Shown piece after piece: positions 47,364 to 57,393 of a stretch of 64,000 nt of DNA. Location of the stretch: positions 64,001 through 128,000 of the forward strand of contig CBDFJG010000004.1 in the NCBI GenBank assembly GCA_965248445.1. The letters run 5' to 3'. This stretch comes from Planctomycetota bacterium (lineage in GTDB: Bacteria; Planctomycetota; JAJSAM01; JAJVHW01). A model generated the notes under the pieces. It was not told the DNA's origin and made no database searches. It worked only from the letters and a program-made list of their open reading frames with translations. A program made the translations under genes and the position numbers. Each line of letters begins with the position of its first letter. The first letter of the stretch is position 1.

Positions 47364-50300
47364 TGCGGACGAAGCACGCGTTCTCGCTGGCTGCCGTGCT
47401 GCTCTTCGGTTGGACGACAGCGGCGTTCGCCGCGGACACCGACGGCGACGGACTGGACGACGTCTTCGAGGGCACGATCCTCGGCACCAACCCGGCAGCC
47501 GCCGACAGCGACGGCGATGGCTGGAACGACTTCAAGGAGGTGTTCGAGACGGGCACCGATCCCAACAACCCCGACTCGGACTTCGACACCTTGCTCGATC
47601 TCATCGACCCGTCCCCGCTCGACGGTGGCCCGGGTGTGCACGACGGAGCCACGGTCCCGACGCTCGCCGGTTTCATGACGGCGGAGCCCTTTGCGCCCTC
47701 GGGGCAGTCGGCGTTCGTGGGGCGCAGCTTGGCCATTCACAACGGCGCGTTCGCGCGGCGTTACACGATCGGCCGATCCCGCGGCGTCCGCCCGATGATC
47801 CTGATGCCGGAGTGCTGCTCGGTCTCGAACGCCCCCACGATGATGGTGGCCAGCACGAGCGAATCCGGCATCGCCCTGACCTACAACTCGCAGAGCGCGT
47901 TCGACAGCTCAGTCGGGTACGGCATGGGCAGCGTGCTCGATTCTAGCTACACCGTCAACGGCGCCGGCGACGTCGCGATCCTCAAGGAGACAGGCGTCCT
48001 CAGCACGTACCTGTTCAACGGCGTCGGTTACACGACACCGGTCGGCCTGCGGGACACCCTCACGGCGACCCCTGGCGGCTACGTACGAACGCTCCCCGAG
48101 GGCGGCACGTGGACCTACTCGAACGGCTGGCTCACGTCGGTCGCGGACGCGTTCGGTAACACGACGAACTACGCGCGCAACCCCGCCGGCCAGATCACGA
48201 TGATCGGCGACAGCCGCGGGCTGGCGCACACGCTGGCGTACTACCCGGCGACCGGGCGCCTGATGTCGATTACGACGGCCGATGGAGCCGCGTGGACACT
48301 TCACTACAACATCAAGACGCAGCTCATGCGCATCGAGGGGCCGCCGACGACGAGCTTCCCCGGCGGCGTCTGGACGCAGTTCCTCTACATCAACGGCTCC
48401 GCCACCGCGGCGCTGAACGGCAACATGATCGCGGAGATCGACGGCCGCGGGAATTCGCACATCAATAATCAGTACGACGGCACGGACCGCGTCACCGTGC
48501 AGACGATCGGCGGCACGGACACGATGACGCTGGCGTACACGCCGCTCACGAACCAGACGACCGTGACCGACCGCGCCGGCAACCGTGAGGTGTGGACCTA
48601 CAGCGCCTCGACGCTCACTCCCACGCAGGTCGTCGAGGAGACGAACCGCGGCGTGCGGACCGGCGAGGGTGACTACACGACCAAGTGGGCGCACGACTCC
48701 GCCGGCTATCTCCTCACCGTGACGTACCCGCGTGGCAACGGGCTCAAATACACGCTCAACACGGCGAAGCTCGCAACCAAGCGGCGCCACAAGGAGGACA
48801 TGACGGCGGCCGACAGTGCGACGAACGACATCGTCAACACTTGGGCCTATGACTCGACCAAGAACTACGGCGTCACGAGCTACACGGACGGTCGAGGGAA
48901 CACGACGACGTACACCCTGAACGCGGCGGGCCAGCCGACGAGGATCACGTTCCCGACGATCACGAACCTCACGCCGAACGTGACCATCACGAACAGCTAC
49001 ACGTTCAACACGGACGGCACAGTGGCTTCCTTCACCGACGGTGAGGGGTACGTGACGGCGTACACGTACTTCGCAACCGGCAACACGAAGGCTCTCCTGT
49101 CGACGAAGACCGTCGATCAAGGCGGACTGGGACTCCTGACCACCATCGCTTACGAGAACTGGGGTGACGTCAATGCGATCACGGATCCCCGCGGGAACAC
49201 GACCAACCTGACGGTCGAGCGGTACGGCAACGTCACGCAGGTTGCCGCCCCCACCGCTCTGGGCTACATCACGAAGTTGACCTACGACGGCAACCTCAAT
49301 GTCACCAAGCGCGAGATCAAGAACATCGATCACTTGGGCATCTGGAGCTCCACTCCCCAGTGGTGGGAGGCGAGTTACACGTACACCGTCGAGAACGACC
49401 TAGCGTCCGCCGTCGAGGACATCACCGCCACGACGACTCGCACCACGACGTTCGAGTACGACCCGAACGACAACCGGTCCGCCATGCAGCGCGGTGACGT
49501 ACGTGTCGAGTTCACGTTCGACGAGCGCGACTTACTGCAGAAGCGCGTCGCCGACCCCGGAACGGGACACATCGCCGCCACGACGACCATCGATTACGAC
49601 GGGAACCGCAATCGGACCTCCGTGACGAACCCTCGCGGCAAGAGTTCGACAGCGATGTTCGACCTCTTCGATCGGCCCACCCAAGGCACCAACGCGTTGG
49701 GCCATTACACGCAGCTCGCGTACGACAAGGCGAACAACCTGACCGAACGCAAGAGCTGGCAGGACAACGACCCGTCGGCAGACGACCTCCTCGCCCACGA
49801 GAAGCGCAACTACGACGAGATCAACCGGCTCTGGCAGAGCGAGGCGGTGCTCCAAGGAACGCCGGACACCTGGTTGTATCGGACGAGGACACTCGACAGG
49901 CGCGGCCTCACCACGGTGCTCAACGACCGGCGGGGATACGACACGACTCGTGTCTACGACGGCGCGGGCCGGCTCACGAAGGACACCGATGCCATCGGCA
50001 ACCTGGAGGAGTACACGCTCGATGCGAACGGGAACGTCACGGAGATCAAGGAGACTGAGTTCCTGCACGGCACGACGGTCAGCGAGGTCTACGAGACGGA
50101 GTTCACTTACGACGCCTTGAACCGAAGGAGGACGCAGAAGCGCATCGACGCCGCGAACTCCGCGAACAGTCTCGTGACGGAGTGGAAGCTCGACGCGCTC
50201 AGCGTGGCGAGAGTGGAGATCGAGCCGGATGGCACCGACACGGAGTTGTTCTCGGACGGCCTGGCACGCATCACGAAGAAGAGCGTCGATCTGGGGTCGG

Positions 50301-52414
50301 GCGCGTCCCTTGACATCGAGTGGGACTTCGACATCCACAACAACGTGATCGTCTATCGCGACGACGCGGGGAACGAGACGCAGTACGACTACGACCTCAT
50401 GAACCGCCTTGAGGAAGTCACCTACGCCGACTCCGGCGTGGTCACGCTCAGTCTCGATGCGAACGGCAACGCAACGACGATCATCGATCAGAACGGCACC
50501 GAGTTCGACCAGGACTTCGACGATCTCGACCGTCTGATCGCCCGCGACATCACCAAGGGCACTGGCGTCCTCGGCGACACCGACGAGGACTTCGCCTACG
50601 ACGGCCTCAACCGTCTGACCGAGGCCAAAGACAACGACGCCATCGTGCAGCTCACATACGACTCGCTCTCGCGCGTCCTGACCGAGAAGCAGGGCAGCAA
50701 TCCACTGGGCAGCGAGGCGAAGACCGTCACGTACACGTGGGACGCGGAGTCCAACAAGACCAGAGTGACATACCCCTCAACGTTCGAGGCGCGGCGGACC
50801 TACGACGAGGTCTGCTGCCTGATGGAGGTGGACGACAAGACGGACACCTCGATCGTGTCCTTCGGCGTGATCGGCCGGCACCACCGACGGGACACGGTCA
50901 CCTTCGGGAACGGCACGACCACGACGGTCGGCTACGACGGCTACCGCCGCATCGTCGAGATCGCGCACGAGGATTCGAGCAGCCCGGAGTTCGCATCGTT
51001 CGACTACGCGTGGGACGCGAACTCGAACCCCCTCTACGAGGCGCGCGGTCATGAATCGGGGGCGGGCGAACTCTACACCTACGACCAGGCCAACCGCCTG
51101 ACGAAGACGTTGATGGCAGTGGCGGATCCGGCCAACGAGCTTGCGAACCCCGGCACCGAGACGTACACCGAGAAGCGCGACTTCAACATGGACGACGTGT
51201 TCAACCTCGCTTCGTACGTGGTGACGCCCTACGGCGGAAGCGCGACGACGACGAACTACACGTCGAACGTCGTCAACGAGTACACCGCCGTCGGCGCCAC
51301 GACGCACACCTACGACGCCAACGGCAACCTGACCGACGACGGCACGAACACGTACGCCTACGATGCGCACAACCACCTGCTCAAGGTGACGCGCAAGAGC
51401 GACTCGGCGGTGCTCGGCGAGTACAAGTACGACGCGCTCGGCCGTGGCCGCCGCACCAAGAAGACCGTCGGGAGCGACACGACGCGCTTCATCTACGACG
51501 GGCAGAGCGTGATCGAGGAGTACGACGGCACGGACCTTCTGCGGCTCTACGCCTACAGCGACAAGATCGACGATCCCGCGATGATGGAAGCACCCGACGT
51601 CGCCGACGTCGATGGCGACAGCAACACCACCGAACTCAAGCGCTTCTATTACCACGGCCAGCTCGTGGGATCGGTCACGCACGTAACAGATCCGGACGAA
51701 GTGGTGGTCGAGAGCTACAGCTACGACCCGTACGGCGAGGTCGCGATCGCGGACATCAATAGCAACTCAGTGGCGGCGTCGCAGATCGGGAACCCGTGGA
51801 TGTTCACGGGGCGGCGGTTCGATGAAGAGCATGGCCTGTACCACTACCGGGCGCGGGCGTACTCGGCGGAGTTGCGGAAGTTTGTACAGCGAGATCCACT
51901 CGGGTATGCCGACGGTCCGAACGCGTACTCGTATGTCAATCAGCTTCCAACGCTTCTCGTGGATCCACTAGGGCTATCCGGAGGCGCGCCGCTCCCAGCT
52001 CCGGTGCCAAACGCACCGCCTCCTCCACCGCCTCCTCCGCCCACGAGCAGTGGAGGCGGGATACTTGGCTTCCTCGGTGACGTCGCAGGGTTCCTGTGGG
52101 GTCTGCCGACGAATATTATCGGAGCGGGCATCTCGCTCCTCGGAGGCGACGGAGGAACGGACGTACGAGACGCCTGGTGCTGCCCTGTGGGTACTGCCTT
52201 GACCGTCGGAGACTTCGTCTTCTACGGCGATGCCAATCCAGCCCCGGACACAGAGAAGCACGAGGGCGCGCACGTAGACCAGCATGATGTGCTGGGACCG
52301 CTGTACCTCCCCGCGCACGCGGTCAGCTGGGCGATCTGGTGCTGTTCGTTCGGGTTGATTACGCCGCCACTCGAAACAGCCGCGGACGCGGCGGCAGGAA
52401 CGAATCTCTATTAG
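47363..52414 (+). CDS. RHS/YD-repeat protein 2 with signal peptide, DxDGDG Ca-binding repeats and C-terminal HExxH domain
   Basis: MRTKHAFSLAAVLLFGWTTAAFA, DTDGDGLDD / DSDGDGWND repeats, RHS core ending DPLGL, HEGAH motif. Confidence 0.95.
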   Translation: MRTKHAFSLAAVLLFGWTTAAFAADTDGDGLDDVFEGTILGTNPAAADSDGDGWNDFKEVFETGTDPNNPDSDFDTLLDLIDPSPLDGGPGVHDGATVPTLAGFMTAEPFAPSGQSAFVGRSLAIHNGAFARRYTIGRSRGVRPMILMPECCSVSNAPTMMVASTSESGIALTYNSQSAFDSSVGYGMGSVLDSSYTVNGAGDVAILKETGVLSTYLFNGVGYTTPVGLRDTLTATPGGYVRTLPEGGTWTYSNGWLTSVADAFGNTTNYARNPAGQITMIGDSRGLAHTLAYYPATGRLMSITTADGAAWTLHYNIKTQLMRIEGPPTTSFPGGVWTQFLYINGSATAALNGNMIAEIDGRGNSHINNQYDGTDRVTVQTIGGTDTMTLAYTPLTNQTTVTDRAGNREVWTYSASTLTPTQVVEETNRGVRTGEGDYTTKWAHDSAGYLLTVTYPRGNGLKYTLNTAKLATKRRHKEDMTAADSATNDIVNTWAYDSTKNYGVTSYTDGRGNTTTYTLNAAGQPTRITFPTITNLTPNVTITNSYTFNTDGTVASFTDGEGYVTAYTYFATGNTKALLSTKTVDQGGLGLLTTIAYENWGDVNAITDPRGNTTNLTVERYGNVTQVAAPTALGYITKLTYDGNLNVTKREIKNIDHLGIWSSTPQWWEASYTYTVENDLASAVEDITATTTRTTTFEYDPNDNRSAMQRGDVRVEFTFDERDLLQKRVADPGTGHIAATTTIDYDGNRNRTSVTNPRGKSSTAMFDLFDRPTQGTNALGHYTQLAYDKANNLTERKSWQDNDPSADDLLAHEKRNYDEINRLWQSEAVLQGTPDTWLYRTRTLDRRGLTTVLNDRRGYDTTRVYDGAGRLTKDTDAIGNLEEYTLDANGNVTEIKETEFLHGTTVSEVYETEFTYDALNRRRTQKRIDAANSANSLVTEWKLDALSVARVEIEPDGTDTELFSDGLARITKKSVDLGSGASLDIEWDFDIHNNVIVYRDDAGNETQYDYDLMNRLEEVTYADSGVVTLSLDANGNATTIIDQNGTEFDQDFDDLDRLIARDITKGTGVLGDTDEDFAYDGLNRLTEAKDNDAIVQLTYDSLSRVLTEKQGSNPLGSEAKTVTYTWDAESNKTRVTYPSTFEARRTYDEVCCLMEVDDKTDTSIVSFGVIGRHHRRDTVTFGNGTTTTVGYDGYRRIVEIAHEDSSSPEFASFDYAWDANSNPLYEARGHESGAGELYTYDQANRLTKTLMAVADPANELANPGTETYTEKRDFNMDDVFNLASYVVTPYGGSATTTNYTSNVVNEYTAVGATTHTYDANGNLTDDGTNTYAYDAHNHLLKVTRKSDSAVLGEYKYDALGRGRRTKKTVGSDTTRFIYDGQSVIEEYDGTDLLRLYAYSDKIDDPAMMEAPDVADVDGDSNTTELKRFYYHGQLVGSVTHVTDPDEVVVESYSYDPYGEVAIADINSNSVAASQIGNPWMFTGRRFDEEHGLYHYRARAYSAELRKFVQRDPLGYADGPNAYSYVNQLPTLLVDPLGLSGGAPLPAPVPNAPPPPPPPPPTSSGGGILGFLGDVAGFLWGLPTNIIGAGISLLGGDGGTDVRDAWCCPVGTALTVGDFVFYGDANPAPDTEKHEGAHVDQHDVLGPLYLPAHAVSWAIWCCSFGLITPPLETAADAAAGTNLY

Positions 52415-52424
52415 AGGAGTTCAC

Positions 52425-52919
52425 ATGAGAAGCTTGACGATCGCCACTTACACTCTCGCGGCGCTCGTAGTGTCCGCATGCGAAGCCATACCCACGGTCT
52501 ACATGTCCGTTCAAAGTTCGACGGAGGACCGGCCTGTCGTGTTCGTCAAAACCGACCGACCTGAGCCGGATCTCGACGTACTCGTCGAACGAGGCGTCCC
52601 TAGTGCCCTGATCAGCGTCACTGCTTGGACGGACGACTGCATGAGCAATGCGGCAACTGTGGATGGCCTCAACCGCAGCGCGAATGGGACTGGCAGTGTC
52701 GGGCACGGCAACGGTGACGATTGGCCTGTTGTCATGCGAACATCCGGAACCGGTCGTGCCCGATACGCCGAACTTCGACTGCGTCCGTTGCCGATCATCC
52801 CGTTCGCTCCGGTGCGTCGTTGTGTCACGGTCTCCGCGAGAGGGCATCAGACTCGAACATTCGAGATCGAGTTCACAATTGGTCAACACATCCTGGAGAT
52901 TCCACTGAAGCGCGAGTGA
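52425..52919 (+). CDS. lipoprotein, candidate immunity/accessory protein
   Basis: GAGGAG RBS, lipobox VSAC, 10 bp after the RHS 2 stop. Confidence 0.65.
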   Translation: MRSLTIATYTLAALVVSACEAIPTVYMSVQSSTEDRPVVFVKTDRPEPDLDVLVERGVPSALISVTAWTDDCMSNAATVDGLNRSANGTGSVGHGNGDDWPVVMRTSGTGRARYAELRLRPLPIIPFAPVRRCVTVSARGHQTRTFEIEFTIGQHILEIPLKRE

Positions 52920-53220
52920 GACGACGTTGTGGTCGTCGTCCCGCAGAAGTGGGGATACTGCCAAGGACGCCTCCTCGGCGGCAATTGGACCCGCGGAGCA
53001 AGTGGTCGTGCGCGGCAGTACCGAGGAGGCGCGCGACGACGAATTGGCCGATGCCTTCTGCTGGTACCCGGTCACGTCTTCGGGTCGGTAGACGCCGCGT
53101 ACGGAGGTGTGCGGGATTGCGCCTCCGGCGTGTGCCTCTTCCTCGCCATCTGCTGCCTCCTCCTGAGGCCCGGATCCTCACATCAGGTCCGGACCGGATC
53201 CAGGGGGGGCAGGTCACTAG

Positions 53221-53403
53221 CCGCATCTGTTCACGAGACGTCGCGATGACGGTGCTTTCGGAGTCCACAGGGTCAGATCTTGGCCAGGCGAGGGCGGATG
53301 CTGTCGTCGTTGCCACAAGGGCAACGCGAGTGAGCGGCCGAAACGGCGCGGATTCTGCGGTGTGGGCAGACCGTAGGCCGGGCGGTGGTGTGGCGGACGG
53401 CGC
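53221..53403 (-). mobile_element. 3' end fragment of IS1380 type A
   Basis: Matches 3881-4063, preceded by CTAG, cut by the IS66 TIR. Confidence 0.93.
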
Positions 53404-54935
53404 GTACCCGTTCAGGGTATGACGATCCGCGGCCTCAGCGCGTGATCGGGAGCGCGACGAGAGCCGGCGGCGAGCGGTTGTGCGCGAGTGCCGCGCTGAC
53501 GTCTGCGAGGTAATCGAAGACGCTCTCGCCACGCTGGCGGAGCGTGGCGGTGACGGTCAGGATGCGCTCGACGAAGCGGAGTCCGCGCTCGCTCTGACTT
53601 CCGTGCGTTGCGCGTCTCCACAGGACCGGCTTGCGCACCGCGCGCTCAGCGGCGTTGTTCGTCGGGGAGACGCCAGGGACGTCGGCGAAGGTCCACAGAG
53701 CCTCCGCTCGGTCGAGCAGATGCCGAGTCGTTCCGCGTACTCGGCGGTGCTTGCTGTCTGCGCCGCGCACGAGCAGCGTCAGGAGTCGGTCCCATGTGAG
53801 ACGCAGCTCACGCCGCATGCGGTCGCGGTCCCCGTGCTCGCCGAAGTGACGCTGAGCTCGCATGACAGCCTGGGCGAGACGCACGGCCTGCTTGCCGAAG
53901 CGCCGGCCGCCGCGCGAGCCCTCGGCCAGCGCTCGAAAGTCCCTCTCGAGATGCGCCCAGCAGATCTGGCGGCGCTCGGTGGGATGCTGGTCGTAAGCGC
54001 CCATACGGTCGGTCACGAGGACGCCCCTGAAGCGCTTGCCCACGAGTCGCCGCATGGCCTTGGCGCTCCTGCGCCGATCGATACGATGGACCGTGGCGTG
54101 CTCACAGACCGCGCTCCACAGCCAATGCAGCGTGCCACGACGCGACCACGGTGTCTCGTCTACATAGGCGACGCTGCTCGTGCGTACGGCCCCGAGGGCC
54201 TCGATGTGCGCTGAGGAGATGGCTCCCGACACCCGCTCCTCGATCGCACTGACCGTGCCCGGTGACATCGAGACGCCGATGACGTCACGCAACAGACGAC
54301 TGGTCTCGCGCCGCGACAGGCGGAAGACGCCGACCAGAGCCGCGGTGAGCGCACAGAGTCGCGGGCCGAAGGGACTCGCCGTCACACCGCTTGGCAGCGA
54401 GGCAGTGGACGTGGCGCCACAGTCCGTGCACCGTGCCCGGTGCAACCGGTGCTCGGTCACCTGGATCAGCCGTGGCGGGACCTCGAAGACCTGCTGGCGT
54501 GTCGGGGCGCGATCGATCGGGACGAGCACGTCGCTCCCACACGCGCTGCACTCGCGCGGGCGGTGGTCCTCTACGCCATCGACCTCGGACTCGTCCACGA
54601 GCTTGCGCGTCGCCCCTTTGTGGCCGGGCTGCGCACCCTGGCGCTTGTCCGACGGCGGCTTGCGCCGCCGCCGCTTCTTGGACCACGACGGATCCGAGGA
54701 CGGTGGGCGCGAGGAGGTGCGGGAGTCCCGGCGAAGACGGCTCTCGAGATCGTCGATCCGTGCCGCCTGCCGCTCGATCACCTCCGCCTGCTCGGCAATC
54801 GTCTCGTCCCGAGCGTCCAGACGACGGGTCAGGCGCTCGACCAGATCACGCAGCTCATCGGTGCCCACATCCGATTCATCGACCGAACGGAAAGCGATCT
54901 GGATCCGAGCTCAGAACCAAGGGCTGAACGGGTAC
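53404..54935 (-). mobile_element. IS66-family IS (single-ORF, ISBst12-group-like), copy 1 (1532 bp)
   Basis: TIR GTACCCGTTCAG at both ends; no matching TSD. Confidence 0.93.
53435..54868 (-). CDS. IS66-family transposase
   Basis: VDET, LVTDR, QICWAHLER and TNNAAERAVR motifs. Confidence 0.95.
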   Translation of the reverse strand: MGTDELRDLVERLTRRLDARDETIAEQAEVIERQAARIDDLESRLRRDSRTSSRPPSSDPSWSKKRRRRKPPSDKRQGAQPGHKGATRKLVDESEVDGVEDHRPRECSACGSDVLVPIDRAPTRQQVFEVPPRLIQVTEHRLHRARCTDCGATSTASLPSGVTASPFGPRLCALTAALVGVFRLSRRETSRLLRDVIGVSMSPGTVSAIEERVSGAISSAHIEALGAVRTSSVAYVDETPWSRRGTLHWLWSAVCEHATVHRIDRRRSAKAMRRLVGKRFRGVLVTDRMGAYDQHPTERRQICWAHLERDFRALAEGSRGGRRFGKQAVRLAQAVMRAQRHFGEHGDRDRMRRELRLTWDRLLTLLVRGADSKHRRVRGTTRHLLDRAEALWTFADVPGVSPTNNAAERAVRKPVLWRRATHGSQSERGLRFVERILTVTATLRQRGESVFDYLADVSAALAHNRSPPALVALPITR

Positions 54936-55171
54936 GAAAGTTTCGGCAGCCCTCTAGCTGGCCGCGCCGGGTCCCCGGGATCTCCCGCTCCGGTCTCGGC
55001 ACCGGCGTCTCTCTGTGTAGAAGCCGAGCGGCGCCACCTCGCCGCGGGGGCAGCAGTCGCGGAAGTCAACACAGCGGGAGTTACCAATTCCGAGCGTTTA
55101 GGTCGCGCGCATTGGGCGCAACGCCGAGCCTCGGGGCAACGGGGTCCCCCCCCGGTTAGTGGAGAAGAACC

Positions 55172-55543
55172 ATGAGACTACGCGCGATCACGGGTGCGTC
55201 TTGCGCTGTGGCGGTCATCGCCGGTTGTTTGATGATCACAGCCGAACCAGCGACGGCACACAGTGGCTCCGAGCCGACTAAGGTCAGGAAGTGCGAGGAC
55301 TACTCGCCGTTCCAGAGTGATGGCACGAACTGCCACATCATCGTCGTCAGCAACACGCAAGGCGCTGGAAGCAGCTCCTCGCAGACCGTCACGGTCACGT
55401 ATGCGAACGGGACTCAGACGACAAGCACGCTGACAGGCGGCCAGTCGACCAACATCGAGACGAATGTCACGCAGGTGACGATCCACGAGACCATTACGCC
55501 CAAGTCCGGTTCGCAGACCGACTTCGGACACCCGACTCCGTAG
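55172..55543 (+). CDS. small secreted Thr/Ser-rich beta protein
   Basis: GGAG RBS, signal peptide, two Cys in the mature region. Confidence 0.7.
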   Translation: MRLRAITGASCAVAVIAGCLMITAEPATAHSGSEPTKVRKCEDYSPFQSDGTNCHIIVVSNTQGAGSSSSQTVTVTYANGTQTTSTLTGGQSTNIETNVTQVTIHETITPKSGSQTDFGHPTP

Positions 55544-55583
55544 GGTCTGCGGAAGGCCACGACAAGAGAGGAGGTCCGGCCAC

Positions 55584-57239
55584 GTGAATTCCAAGCTGCG
55601 TCTTTCCACAATCGCTGTTGGCTTCGTGTTGATTGCGGGCCTCCTCCACTTCTGCGGGGCGTTCGAGGGCGCCAGCTCCCCCGACACAGCACTTGCGCCC
55701 GCCAGTGTCGAACCGGGCCAACGCCCGAGGACCAATCGACGGAGGGACGAACCGGCGTGGACCGAGTCCTTCGCCGACCTCGCAAAGCGCGCCGAAAGGG
55801 CGCAAGCAGAAGCCGCGGAAAATGCTCTGAACGCTCACGAGAACCTTGCCCGACTGCACGGCCAAGTATTCGGTCCCGACGGGAAGGCGGTCTCCGCCCG
55901 CGTATTTCTGCTGCGCGGCGGCGAAGTCTTGGGCGCGGTTCTTGCTGACCGCACGACCGAAGCCGATGGTCGTTTCCAACTGGCCGTGCCGTATTCATTC
56001 GACGACGCGACGACGGAGGCGATCATCGGCGCTGTCGCGGACGGAATGCTCCGTCACACTCAGGCAGTGACGCTGACCCCGACGTCGGATGCTGCTGTAG
56101 ATCTCCATCTGCAGGCCGGAATGAGCCTGCGCGGCAGGATCGTCACAGAAGACGGCGCACCCGTCCCCAACTTGCGCGTCTACGTTGCTTGCGGGAACCT
56201 TCCTCGCGGCATGGTATCTGGACACACGTTCGCCAAAGACGGGCAACTTCTGGCGCCGACGAGCAATGGTTATCACGAGGCGCGGCTCGTGACCGACGCG
56301 CGTGGTGAGTTCACAGCGAAGGGCCTCGGCAAGGGGCTCTACGCAGTGTTCAGCATGGACCCTGCGTGGTTCGTGTCGCACTCACGGCGCCATGAGCCCG
56401 GAGCCTCGGAGACGACGGAGTGGATCGCGCATCGCGCTCTGACCGTCGTGGGTTCGGTGCAGTCGAAGGCAACCGGAGAACCCGTGCCAGAGTTCGAGTT
56501 CTCCGCCAAGATCCAGTCATCGGAACGTCCGAACTACAACCTGAGCGGGCGTTGCCTCGATGGCAAGTTGTATGTCTCGTGGAAGCCCCAGTTCGAGGAG
56601 TCCGAACACGGTTGCCGAGTCATGGTCAAGATCGAGGCGGACGGGTACCACCCTGCTGAGGCGTCGCGCGAGTTCCGTGCGGGTTCCGCAACGACCGAGA
56701 TGACGTTCGCGCTGGAGCGGCGTGAGACCTCGGGAATTACGCTGAACGTCGTCGGTCCGAGCGGATCGCCAGTCGACTTCCCCCTGAACGCTGATGCAGT
56801 CGATCGGTACGATCAGTCCGTCCGGATTTCGCCGGTCACCGTGCGAGCCGTCGGGCCGGGACGCTACGAGATGGAGCTTCCCGCCGGGCAGTGGTTCGTG
56901 CGCGTCCACTCCACCGCTCCCCACGGTCGCAACGTGAAGTGGGACGGCGAGGTGGGAGTCTCCACGACTGGCGAGAGTTCCGCGTGGTGCTCATTGTCTG
57001 AGTTCGGGACGCTCCGAGTCGCGTTGCCGACGCCGTCCGAAGAGGCTCAGGAGACCGTTTGGTTGCGGGTCGGGTCTCGCGATGGCAAGAGCACCGGACT
57101 TTACGAGTTCCGGCGAGGACAACTCGAACTGAAAGGCTTCCCGGTCGGCGAATGGGTAGCGAGCGTCGTCGGGAGTCGTCGCGAGGTGGAGTTCAGTATT
57201 CGGGCCGATGAAGCGACCAGCATCGAGTTGAGCCCATGA
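55584..57239 (+). CDS. membrane-anchored protein with carboxypeptidase-regulatory-like (transthyretin-fold) repeats
   Basis: N-terminal TM; repeated GxVxxxDGxPV...TDxxGxF units. Confidence 0.8.
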   Translation: MNSKLRLSTIAVGFVLIAGLLHFCGAFEGASSPDTALAPASVEPGQRPRTNRRRDEPAWTESFADLAKRAERAQAEAAENALNAHENLARLHGQVFGPDGKAVSARVFLLRGGEVLGAVLADRTTEADGRFQLAVPYSFDDATTEAIIGAVADGMLRHTQAVTLTPTSDAAVDLHLQAGMSLRGRIVTEDGAPVPNLRVYVACGNLPRGMVSGHTFAKDGQLLAPTSNGYHEARLVTDARGEFTAKGLGKGLYAVFSMDPAWFVSHSRRHEPGASETTEWIAHRALTVVGSVQSKATGEPVPEFEFSAKIQSSERPNYNLSGRCLDGKLYVSWKPQFEESEHGCRVMVKIEADGYHPAEASREFRAGSATTEMTFALERRETSGITLNVVGPSGSPVDFPLNADAVDRYDQSVRISPVTVRAVGPGRYEMELPAGQWFVRVHSTAPHGRNVKWDGEVGVSTTGESSAWCSLSEFGTLRVALPTPSEEAQETVWLRVGSRDGKSTGLYEFRRGQLELKGFPVGEWVASVVGSRREVEFSIRADEATSIELSP

Positions 57240-57393
57240 GTTATCGAGTTACCGCATGGATGGCCCTGGCCATTGCCTTGGGGGCGTGCTCGCGCTACGA
57301 GCCAGAGCATCCTGAGCCGCACTCTTCTGATGCGCACGACCACCACCATCACGGCGTTCACGTGGGAGCAACCGATGGCCTCGGAGTGGATGG
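57236..57393 (+). pseudogene. His-rich lipoprotein, truncated by IS66
   Basis: Lipobox LGAC, HDHHHH tract, ATGA coupling; IS66 TIR begins at 57394. Confidence 0.7.

Noticed and set aside
41408..52414. Diversity-generating retroelement or nucleotide-level repeat cassette between the RHS genes
   Set aside because: No reverse transcriptase, and the similarity is diverged protein-level paralogy rather than a TR/VR pair.
52929..53216. Orphan RHS tip or second immunity gene
   Set aside because: No RHS core remnant, RBS or recognisable motif in any frame.
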